64,000 bases of DNA from Candidatus Aenigmatarchaeota archaeon (GTDB lineage: Archaea > Aenigmatarchaeota > Aenigmatarchaeia > CG10238-14 > SCSR01), in the NCBI GenBank assembly GCA_039090665.1, contig JAWCSL010000002.1, forward strand, positions 12,052-76,051. The letters are read 5' to 3'. The notes beneath the pieces are model-generated. The model saw only the letters and a list, made by a program, of their open reading frames with translations. It searched no databases and was not told the DNA's origin. A program made the position numbers and the translations under genes. Shown here piece by piece: positions 56,275 through 64,000 of this stretch (its first letter is position 1; the number at the start of each line of letters is the position of its first letter).

Positions 56275-59157
56275 TTACTTACCTTTCTTTTTTTCTAACT
56301 CTTCCCACTTTTTCTTTACTTCATCCCAAACCTTTTTGATTTCATCATCTTCTTTTTTGTTTTGAATTATTGGTTTTTCTTCTTCAACTGGCCAGAACAA
56401 GAAAACTAGAATTCCTCCCACAATTCCCCCAACGATTACCCAAATTATCCAGATTGGAAAGCCTTTCTTCCAATTACCAGCTATGGCAAAAAGAGAAAGA
56501 CCAGGAGATATTGCTCTGAATTGATAATATTCCGAAGTTTCATTAATTTTTATTGTCTGAAGTTTTCTCCAAGTGTTGTTCGAAAGCCTGTAAAGAGCTA
56601 TTGTGTTAACATCAATATTATTTTCACTTATCCAAGACTTTTCGACTTGAAAGTCTATGCTTACGCTTGTTACATCACTCTCGTTCATGTTTGTTGTCAC
56701 AATTTCTAGATATTTGAGGATAAGACCCTCTTCTGTTCTCACAGCTGCAGGAATGTTTTCTGGTTTTACCCCTTCTTTTACAATCAATGTAGCATTGCTT
56801 ACATTCTTGCTAACAAAGATTGTTATTTTCACAATTTTTAGTATATTGGCATTAGGAATTTCAACTACAGCAGGAGATTCTGGAGTGATCGATTGAATTT
56901 GAAAGCTTGCGTTTATTGGCATGATTAGTGGTGGAAGTGTAGTTGTTGTGGTTGTAGTGGTTATTGTAGTTGTGGTGGAAGTAGTTGTAGTAGTTATATT
57001 TGGTACTGGTGGAAGTGTAGTTGTTGTGGTTTCTGGAGTAGTAATTGTTGTGTCAAAAGATATGTTCCTGAACCAAGTACCAGAAGTTTTATTTATCCAT
57101 GATGTGCAGCTCCCTTCAGCATCACCAGCAACTACTCTCCAAGCGATATAGCAACCAGTATAATTGTAAGCTGAAATGTTGAAGAATACTTCTTCTCCAG
57201 GGTTTGGATATTTCAAGCAATTACTTGAGTAGAAATAAACAGCAGACAAACAAGAACCTTTGTTTAATTTAATCGAACTGTTTACAGCATCAATAGGACC
57301 AAAATTTTTTATGGTGACATTCACATAGCCGGTTGAATTTTTATTCAGACTTGAAGGATAGCTTACCAAGCTCATGCTAAGTCCGGTATCATTGATTGTG
57401 AGCAACTTATTTATTGAATAATCTAGACTTTCTCCCTGATAAATATCTGAATCGAGTCTGATGTGAACATAATACTTTCCGCCAGGAGTTTTTTGCGGGA
57501 CTGTTATATTTATTTTTCGATGGGTTTCATTCGAAACATTTGTAAAAGTCAGGGTTCCAGTAGAATAGGAAGCATTTGGCTCATATAGCCACACGCTCAT
57601 GTTTTGAGTGAAATTGAATGGAAAATCTAAAGGAATAGAAACACCATCAACATAAGATATATCAAAAACAACACTCACATAGCCTTGCTGAGAGCTAACA
57701 TTAACACTTTCATTTTCCAATTCCACTATTGTTATGTTAAGGAAATTGGTTAAATTGAGTTTGATTGGGACTTTAAGTTGACCACCATTCTCACCCAGAT
57801 AAATCAAATTTCCTTCATATCTTCCACTAATGGCATCTGCAGGTATGGTTAAATTAATTTCTATAGTTTTTGTTGAATTTTCACTTCCCACAACATCGAA
57901 AGTTTTGTTTTCGTAGCTTGAAAAGTTTGTGATGATCCATTTGCTTGAGTTGACGAAAGCTTGTATAAGAAGCCTATATTCTGAAAAATTGACAGTTGTG
58001 TTTTTCACTTCAACTCTCCACCACCCAGCTTTTCCTGCATTATCAACTTCTACAAACTCTTCTTTTTCCAAGTTGCTCATGTTGGCGTTAAAATATTTAC
58101 CAGAAGAGCTATTTACAAATTCTCCAGAAGGATTAAACAGTGAAATGTTATAAGCCCCGATACCAGACCAAATCAATCTGACTTTTATCCTTTCAAAAAC
58201 AGAAGAATTTGGCAAAAAGAAAGTGAAATTTTTTGAACCACTGTCTATGAACTCTTTCAAATAATAAAGCTCAGATTCTTCACTCACACTCTGAATTGAA
58301 ACATTGCCTTTGTTTGTTAAGTTGAAAATTTTTGTGATATTGGTTATATTCTGTAAACCGAAATCAATTTCTTCTGGGCTTGAGCTCAAAGCAAAAAGAA
58401 TAACACTTCCATTATAAGAAATTTCAGAGCTATGATTACCGTAAATTCTTATCTCATAAGTTGAATTAGGGTTGATGAAACTATAGCTAAGTCTTTCTTC
58501 TTTTCCATCTTTATTTATTGATTTTGCTTTCAGTTCATTATTAGCTAGTAAGAATAGGTCTACATCTCCAGCATCAAAACTGATGTTCACAGTTATGCTT
58601 GTAGCATTTGGCAGGGTAGAGCAATTGAAATAGAAAGAATGGTATTCTACTGCATTTACAGGAAGAGTACCGTTGAACTTTCCAATTCCTGTAGAGCTAT
58701 TTATCTCTATAGGCAAATCAACTATTACTTTAATGCTAACATTTTCGCTTGAGTTTGTGATATTCTCAACAAAGAAATTTCCTTTGTATTTTCCAGGCAT
58801 TCTATCTTGAATAGAAGCAATTATCGTGAAGTTTGAAAAGTTTGATTCTGAAGTGTTAATTGTGGTGATATTGCTTAAGTTGCCGGTATGATTCATTAAA
58901 ATTAATTCAATTCCCTCTCCTTGGGAATAGTTTGCGACAACAGTGGTACTGTTATTGAAAATTAAGATGATGTTAAAAGTGGAATTGATAGTTAAATTTG
59001 TTTTATAGCTATTAGTCCAGTTCAAGTAAATCGTTTCTGGTTGCAGACTGAATTCTCCACTGGTGCTAGAGACTAAAGCTTTAACAAAAGAGAAAATTGC
59101 AAGAGAAAAAATAGTCAAGAGAAGTAAAGTGAAGGACCAATTTTTCATGTTTCTCAT
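56275..59157 (-). CDS. S-layer-like surface glycoprotein candidate (960 aa) with a C-terminal TM anchor
   Basis: Signal peptide; an extreme density of N-x-S/T sequons; Thr-rich stalk TTTTLPPVPNITTTTTSTTTTITTTTTTTTLPP; C-terminal TM IWIIWVIVGGIVGGILVFLFW and a Lys/Glu tail. Confidence 0.6.
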   Translation of the reverse strand: MRNMKNWSFTLLLLTIFSLAIFSFVKALVSSTSGEFSLQPETIYLNWTNSYKTNLTINSTFNIILIFNNSTTVVANYSQGEGIELILMNHTGNLSNITTINTSESNFSNFTIIASIQDRMPGKYKGNFFVENITNSSENVSIKVIVDLPIEINSSTGIGKFNGTLPVNAVEYHSFYFNCSTLPNATSITVNISFDAGDVDLFLLANNELKAKSINKDGKEERLSYSFINPNSTYEIRIYGNHSSEISYNGSVILFALSSSPEEIDFGLQNITNITKIFNLTNKGNVSIQSVSEESELYYLKEFIDSGSKNFTFFLPNSSVFERIKVRLIWSGIGAYNISLFNPSGEFVNSSSGKYFNANMSNLEKEEFVEVDNAGKAGWWRVEVKNTTVNFSEYRLLIQAFVNSSKWIITNFSSYENKTFDVVGSENSTKTIEINLTIPADAISGRYEGNLIYLGENGGQLKVPIKLNLTNFLNITIVELENESVNVSSQQGYVSVVFDISYVDGVSIPLDFPFNFTQNMSVWLYEPNASYSTGTLTFTNVSNETHRKINITVPQKTPGGKYYVHIRLDSDIYQGESLDYSINKLLTINDTGLSMSLVSYPSSLNKNSTGYVNVTIKNFGPIDAVNSSIKLNKGSCLSAVYFYSSNCLKYPNPGEEVFFNISAYNYTGCYIAWRVVAGDAEGSCTSWINKTSGTWFRNISFDTTITTPETTTTTLPPVPNITTTTTSTTTTITTTTTTTTLPPLIMPINASFQIQSITPESPAVVEIPNANILKIVKITIFVSKNVSNATLIVKEGVKPENIPAAVRTEEGLILKYLEIVTTNMNESDVTSVSIDFQVEKSWISENNIDVNTIALYRLSNNTWRKLQTIKINETSEYYQFRAISPGLSLFAIAGNWKKGFPIWIIWVIVGGIVGGILVFLFWPVEEEKPIIQNKKEDDEIKKVWDEVKKKWEELEKKKGK

Positions 59158-59228
59158 TAAAATAATTTCTATTTCTTAGATAAAAAATCTAACCAAAAAA
59201 GATTTATTCAAGCTCTTTCTTTTTTAAA

Positions 59229-59828
59229 TTGATGAGATTAGCTTGGTTATTTGTTTTGGTAGCAATAATTTTAATTGCTGGGTGTGTGGAGAAAGAGAGC
59301 ATGCCAAATTTAGAAGGGAAAAAAGTTTTGATGATAGTAGCGCCTAACAATTTCAGGGATGAAGAATTGCTTAAGCCAAAAGAGATTTTGGAAAAAGCTA
59401 AAGCAGAAGTTAAAATAGCTTCAAAAAGCGTTGCCACAGCAAGAGGAATGCTTGGTGCAAGCGTAAGCGTTGATCTTGATTTGAGTGAAGTTGAGGTCAA
59501 GAGCTATGATGCAGTGATTTTTGTTGGTGGGACAGGGGCTCAAGTTTACTTTGATGATCCAACAGCTTTGAAAATAGCAAAAGAAGCTTATGAACAAAGA
59601 AAAATTGTTGGGGCGATTTGCATAGCTCCTTCCATTCTAGCTAATGCGGGAATTCTTGAAGGTAAGAGAGCTACAGCTTGGCCAAGCGAAGTGAGCAATT
59701 TAGAAGCTAGAGGAGCTAAATATACAGGAGAACTTGTTACTGTAGATGGAAATATAATAACGGCTAAAGGGCCAGAAGCTGCAAGTCAATTTGGTAGAGC
59801 TATAGCTGAAGCTTTGAAATTAAATTAA
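59229..59828 (+). CDS. DJ-1/PfpI-family protein with a lipobox-like signal
   Basis: LIAGC lipobox-like N-terminus; nucleophile elbow AICIAPS; 199 aa. Confidence 0.7.
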   Translation: MMRLAWLFVLVAIILIAGCVEKESMPNLEGKKVLMIVAPNNFRDEELLKPKEILEKAKAEVKIASKSVATARGMLGASVSVDLDLSEVEVKSYDAVIFVGGTGAQVYFDDPTALKIAKEAYEQRKIVGAICIAPSILANAGILEGKRATAWPSEVSNLEARGAKYTGELVTVDGNIITAKGPEAASQFGRAIAEALKLN

Positions 59829-59844
59829 GGGAGATATTTTAACT

Positions 59845-60066
59845 ATGAGAAAGAAACCTGAAGAATTTAAGAAATTAACAAATGAAAAAAGAGAAAAACT
59901 CAGACAATATATTCTGGCTACTATGGCATGGATTATGGCATGGATAATCGCAGTTTGGCAAGTTTTACTTTCTAAAATAAATGCTGATACAAATATATTA
60001 ATACTGACATTGGTTTTAACCACAATAATCTTCTTTTCTTTGATTTTTTTCTATTGGAAAGCTTGA
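59845..60066 (+). CDS. small membrane protein (73 aa)
   Basis: Two hydrophobic helices; contains an in-frame 12-nt tandem (MAWIMAWII); may be spurious. Confidence 0.3.
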   Translation: MRKKPEEFKKLTNEKREKLRQYILATMAWIMAWIIAVWQVLLSKINADTNILILTLVLTTIIFFSLIFFYWKA

Positions 60067-60071
60067 AACTG

Positions 60072-60146
60072 TGCCCCCGAGGGGATTTGAACCCCCAACC
60101 AACGGCTTAGGAAGCCGCTGCTCTATCCAAGTTGAGCTACGAGGGC
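60072..60146 (-). tRNA. tRNA-Arg (anticodon CCU), 75 nt, no intron, CCA not encoded
   Basis: Manual cloverleaf: acceptor GCCCTCG/CGGGGGC, D-arm GCTC...GAGC, anticodon stem GCGGC/GCCGT with loop TTCCTAA, T-arm GGGGG-TTCAAAT-CCCCT, discriminator A. Confidence 0.8.
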
Positions 60147-60180
60147 CTCTAAATTTATAAGAGCCATATTAATTTATATT

Positions 60181-61287
60181 ATGCTTTCTGAAAAAGAAAT
60201 GCAAAAAATTGCTAGAAATGTGATAAGAACAAACTTGGCAGTTAAAGAAAAAGATGTTACTTTGATTTCTTGTGGCCCCAAATCTTTGAAATTTGCTGAA
60301 GCTTTGGCTTTTGAAGCAGCAAAAATTGGAGCCCAACCAACAATAACTTATGGAAGCGATGAGCTAAGCTTAAAAATTTACAAAACCATTAAAGTAAAGT
60401 TTTTAAAACAATGGCCAAAGCTTGCTGATGTTCTTTCCAAGCTTGTTGATGTTAAAATTGTCATAGACGATACAAATCCTTTTGTTGCAAGAGAACTTCC
60501 TCAATGGAAAGTTGAGATAAGGAGAAAAACTGTTAAGCCGATAAGGGAAAGAGAAGAAGAGAGACAGAGAAAAAAAGAAATGAAAGCTGCTTTAATCGGC
60601 TTCCCAACAGAAGAAGAAGCAAAAGCTTTAGGTATACCTTTTCAAAAACTAGACAAGATATTCTGGAAGGCTATGAAAGTTGATTATGAGAAGCTTTACC
60701 AATACAACCAAAAGCTCATTCAAAAGTTGAAAAATTCAGATAAAGTTAGAATAATAGGCGAGAGAACTGACTTGAAATTTTCAGTTAAAGGAAGAAAGTT
60801 CATCAATGCTTGTGGCCTCGTGACAAAAAAAGGTGAGATTGGCTATTTGAATTTGCCTGATGGCGAAGTTTTCTGTCCTCCGGTTGAGGATTCGGTTGAA
60901 GGAGAAATTTATTTTGATTTGCCTTGCATGTGGCATTATGGAAAACAAGTTGAAGGAGTTTGGTTCAAGTTTGAAAAAGGAAGGCTTGTAGATTACAAGA
61001 TAGAAAAAGGAAGAGAGAATTTTGAAGATGTTTTTAAGCACGCTTCTGGTGATAAAGATAGAATAGGGGAATTTGCTATTGGCACAAATCCAAAAGCAAA
61101 ACCAACAGGAGGAATGATAATTGTAGATGAAAAAGTTAGAGGAACAATTCATTTTGCTTTGGGACACAACAAACACTTCGGTGGAAAAAACAATTCAACT
61201 CTCCATTGGGATTTCTTCAAAGACATGAAGCAAGGAGAAATTTATGTCGATGGTGAGCTTTTGATGAAAAATGGAAAGATAGTGTAG
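60181..61287 (+). CDS. aminopeptidase, M29 (AmpS/aminopeptidase T)-like
   Basis: N-terminal layout and length (368 aa) resemble M29; assignment is from memory of family features. Confidence 0.45.
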   Translation: MLSEKEMQKIARNVIRTNLAVKEKDVTLISCGPKSLKFAEALAFEAAKIGAQPTITYGSDELSLKIYKTIKVKFLKQWPKLADVLSKLVDVKIVIDDTNPFVARELPQWKVEIRRKTVKPIREREEERQRKKEMKAALIGFPTEEEAKALGIPFQKLDKIFWKAMKVDYEKLYQYNQKLIQKLKNSDKVRIIGERTDLKFSVKGRKFINACGLVTKKGEIGYLNLPDGEVFCPPVEDSVEGEIYFDLPCMWHYGKQVEGVWFKFEKGRLVDYKIEKGRENFEDVFKHASGDKDRIGEFAIGTNPKAKPTGGMIIVDEKVRGTIHFALGHNKHFGGKNNSTLHWDFFKDMKQGEIYVDGELLMKNGKIV

Positions 61288-61290
61288 CTC

Positions 61291-62025
61291 ATGGGGATGA
61301 TTAAAACTAAAAAAGAAATCAAACTTTTAAAAAAATCTGCTGAAATTACAAATTCTTGTATTCAACTGATTGAAAGCTTGTTAAAAAAAGAAAAAATTAC
61401 AGAGAAAGAAATAGCTTCAGCTATCAGAAGAAAAATTTATTCTGAAGGAGCAAAACTTGCTTTTAGGACAATTGTTGCTTGTGGAAAAAGAGCTGCAAGA
61501 ATCCATGCAAAGCCAAGAGCAACCAACAAAATAATCTCTGGGTTGGGATATGTAGATTTTGGAACTTCTTATAAGGGCTACAAAACAGATGTCACTGTAC
61601 CATTCATAAAGGGAAAAATAAGTAAGAAAGAAGAAAAAATAGTCGAGGCAGTTATTCAAGCTTATAGCTTAGCTTTTAAATCTTTGAAAGTTGGTCTTCC
61701 TTGTTTTCAACTTTTTCAAAAAGTTGATAATTTTTTGAGAAAACAGGGCTTTAGAATGCAACATTCTCTTGGCCACGGTGTTGGCTTAAAAATTCATGAA
61801 TTGCCTACCATTGGAATACCGAAAGAAAAATTGGAAAAACTGAATAAAAAGAAGAAAAAGAAATTGGAGAAATTGAAGAAAATAAGATTTCAAGAAGGTA
61901 TGGTCTTCACAATCGAGCCAGCAGTGTATGTTAAAGGTTTAGGTGGTTGTAGATTTGAGAATACAATTCTCTTAACAAAAAACGGACCAATAAGTTTAAC
62001 ACTCTCCAAGCTGATAAGGGTTTGA
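61291..62025 (+). CDS. M24-family metallopeptidase catalytic domain (MetAP/prolidase-like), minimal 244-aa form
   Basis: Five pita-bread metal ligands in order: D (GYVDFG), D (KTDVTV), H (HGVGLKIHE), E (FTIEPA), E (RFENT); a poly-Lys insertion. Confidence 0.6.
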   Translation: MGMIKTKKEIKLLKKSAEITNSCIQLIESLLKKEKITEKEIASAIRRKIYSEGAKLAFRTIVACGKRAARIHAKPRATNKIISGLGYVDFGTSYKGYKTDVTVPFIKGKISKKEEKIVEAVIQAYSLAFKSLKVGLPCFQLFQKVDNFLRKQGFRMQHSLGHGVGLKIHELPTIGIPKEKLEKLNKKKKKKLEKLKKIRFQEGMVFTIEPAVYVKGLGGCRFENTILLTKNGPISLTLSKLIRV

Positions 62026-62865
62026 ACTTTTCATGTAATTCTCTATTATCTTTAAAACCTCTTTTCCTTTTTTTGCTTCTCTTATTTGAGCAGTGCTGTG
62101 TGGAGTAGCTATAACTCTTGTATGTTTTGCTAAACTATTGCTAATTTCATTTCCAAAATGAGGTTGGGAAGTAAACATCTAAGTATGCACTTTTTACTTT
62201 TCCATCTTCAAGAGATTTTAGAAAAAGCTTCTTCATCAATAATTCCACTCTAGACGTGTTGATTATATAAACACCATTTTTCATTATTTCAAATTCTTCA
62301 TAACTTATCATGCCTTTTGTCTCTTCTGTTAAAGGCACGTGAATTGTGATGAGATCCGAATTTTCTAAAAGTTTTTTAAGTGAAGCAAATTCAACCCCTC
62401 TATATTTTCTTTCATACTCCTTATTCTTCCGTATCCTATCACTTCCAAAATTTTATCAGAAATTCTGTATCCAACCAAATCTTTCTTTTTCCACCCTCTT
62501 TTTTCATTAATCTATCAGCTTCAACCAATTTGTGGCAAAAACAAGAACATATGTCATAACACCTTGAGCAACATCATAAGATTGTAATGGTGTATTGTAG
62601 AGCTTTATACCCTTTTCTTTCAAGTATTCTTTATCTATATGATTAGTACCGTGAGTGGTGATTCTCATAAGCTTCTATTTTGGCATTTTATTTATGAGTT
62701 CTTTGTTTACATTTATATTGCTGCTGATTATAACAACATCAACATCCTATATCCTTTCATTTGTTTTTCCACTTTTTCATTTTTATAACTTTTGTAATTT
62801 CTTCAAGTTTTCTAAAAATCTTCAGTAAAAATGTCAGCAACAAGAACCTTTAAATTTTTCCTCAT
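61996..62865 (-). pseudogene. D-isomer-specific 2-hydroxyacid dehydrogenase pseudogene (multiple frameshifts/stops)
   Basis: Minus-strand translations in three frames give the consecutive fragments: (1) MRKNLKVLVADIFTEDF.., (2) DVDVVIISSNINVNKELINKMPK, (3) MRITTHGTNHIDKEYLKEKGIKLYNTPLQSYDVAQGVMTYVLVFATN, (4) DLVGYRISDKILEVIGYGRI (NAD-binding GxGxxG), (5) LENSDLITIHVPLTEETKGMISYEEFEIMKNGVYIINTSRVELL, (6) DGKVKSAYLDV, (7) HTRVIATPHSTAQ. Confidence 0.7.
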
Positions 62866-62939
62866 TTTATCCCAAACAATAATAAAGATAAATTAAACTT
62901 GAATAATTTTACTTCCTCATTTAAACATTCATCAGAATT

Positions 62940-63980
62940 TTAAATAAGAACCTTAATTTTTTTCTTACTTATTAGGGCTCTAAGTACTTCTTTTCCAATT
63001 TCTGATGCTTTATTGAGTTTTATGTTTGCTTTTTTGCCTATGGTAGCAGAGAATAAAAACTCATCCTCAACATAGAAATTTGCGACTTTTCCAACAAACT
63101 TTTTATTGAATTTAAACTCTATACTATTTCCAGTTTCAGTGATTTCGAATTCAACTTCTTTTCCTATTGCAGGCACTTTAGGTTCAACTTCTATTCGTAA
63201 ACCAAGTTTTTTCTCTATTGCTGAGATGGTGTTACCCTCTTTTCCAATCAGCCTTGCAATCACATTATTATCAACTCTTACTACAGCTTTATTGTCAGAA
63301 ACAAGCTCAACCTCTGCTCTTGGATCAAATCTTTCTATTTCTTGTTTTATTCTTTCAACAGCCAATTTTTTAATTGGTGAAACTGTAGGTTCAGTAACAG
63401 GAACAATAATATTTTCTTCACCAAAAGTATAAATTTCATACTCAAGCTTTCCTGTCTCAAAATCTCTTACTTCGACCAGAGGTCTTGCTAAATCTGCTTC
63501 TGTCATTCCCGTAGGTACTCTTACAGTCAGATTTAACTCGTAAACCTTTTTTACTTCCCCTTCCTTTATGAAAATCACAGTATCGATGATGTGAGGAATC
63601 ATACCAAGTTCTGTCCTCATTATAAATCTTTGAATTGCATCTATTGCATCACTTGCATGAACTACACCTATCATTCCAACTCCAGCCAAACGCATATCAG
63701 AAAAGATCTCAAAATCTTTTGTCTTTCTAACTTCATCATAAATTGAATAATCTGGTCTAACCAAAAGCAATATATCAGCAGTCTTTTCAAAATCTCCTTC
63801 CAAGGGTCCATATTGAGTGATTTCAGGACCAACCTGTAAGTCTTTTGGACTTTCTAAAGTCTTAACAATTTTGCCTTGTTCTTTGTAAAATTCTGCAATC
63901 GAAGAAGCAAAAGTTGTTTTTCCACTTCCTGGAGGCCCAGCAATTAAAATTCCTTCTGCTTTTTCTTTCAACCTTTTCAT
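62940..63980 (-). CDS. PhoH/PilT-like P-loop ATPase with a C-terminal KH domain
   Basis: Walker A IAGPPGSGKTTFASS; C-terminal KH-like VIARLIGKEGNTISAIEKKLGLRIEV; 346 aa. Confidence 0.6.
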   Translation of the reverse strand: MKRLKEKAEGILIAGPPGSGKTTFASSIAEFYKEQGKIVKTLESPKDLQVGPEITQYGPLEGDFEKTADILLLVRPDYSIYDEVRKTKDFEIFSDMRLAGVGMIGVVHASDAIDAIQRFIMRTELGMIPHIIDTVIFIKEGEVKKVYELNLTVRVPTGMTEADLARPLVEVRDFETGKLEYEIYTFGEENIIVPVTEPTVSPIKKLAVERIKQEIERFDPRAEVELVSDNKAVVRVDNNVIARLIGKEGNTISAIEKKLGLRIEVEPKVPAIGKEVEFEITETGNSIEFKFNKKFVGKVANFYVEDEFLFSATIGKKANIKLNKASEIGKEVLRALISKKKIKVLI

Positions 63981-64000
63981 AAGTTTTTCAGAAAGCTTAT

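Noticed and set aside
56921-57151. Plus-strand poly-Val ORF (VVVVVVVIVVVVEVVVVV).
   Set aside because: Antisense of the Thr-rich ACN-codon stalk of the S-layer-like gene.
59921-59945. 12-nt tandem (atggcatggatt / atggcatggata).
   Set aside because: Only two units, inside a doubtful small ORF; too short to call a repeat locus.
1-64000. Searched for CRISPR arrays, IS/transposase or integrase genes, and toxin-antitoxin pairs.
   Set aside because: No regularly spaced direct repeats, no DDE or tyrosine-recombinase-like ORFs, and no tRNA-adjacent integrase (tRNA-Arg at 60072 is followed by peptidase genes).

Overview
This 64-kb window has about 30% GC and is densely coded. It looks like an archaeon with a small, AT-rich genome. 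Class I LysRS, thermosome, Orc1/Cdc6, aIF5B, proteasome beta, aCPSF1, Mre11-Rad50, HerA, Pus10, intron-containing tRNAs and a possible tRNA-Ile(UAU) support this; a DPANN-like lineage is inferred, not proven. Housekeeping genes include pus10 (5' partial), TrmY-like, SRP54, FtsY, prefoldin alpha, an orc1/cdc6-alaX-lysK operon, thermosome, aCPSF1, psmB, proS, a radical SAM gene, mre11-rad50, aIF5B and two peptidases. A protein-glycosylation cluster (epimerase, GT-C-like membrane proteins, GT2, a possible divergent AglB) lies at 7.6-14.2 kb. Two Epd/Tad-like type IV pilus loci (20.1-26.5 kb and 39.1-51.9 kb) each encode a FlaI/TadA-family ATPase, two FlaJ/TadC-like membrane proteins and several pilin-like proteins. 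In the second locus the ATPase and platform genes sit in one co-directional operon with a CBS-domain protein and a HerA-like (DUF87) DNA-translocase ATPase. That locus is flanked by a KaiC/FlaH-like ATPase pair and an SbcD/Mre11-related phosphoesterase, so it is a candidate novel DNA-transfer or DNA-uptake pilus system. Other notable features are a 1142-aa secreted Cys-rich protein with a perfect 465-bp internal direct repeat, a frameshifted small paralog of it, a 960-aa hyper-sequon S-layer-like protein, a 120-nt tRNA with probably two introns, a tRNA-Arg(CCU), and a decayed 2-hydroxyacid dehydrogenase pseudogene. No CRISPR array, transposase or integrase was recognised.
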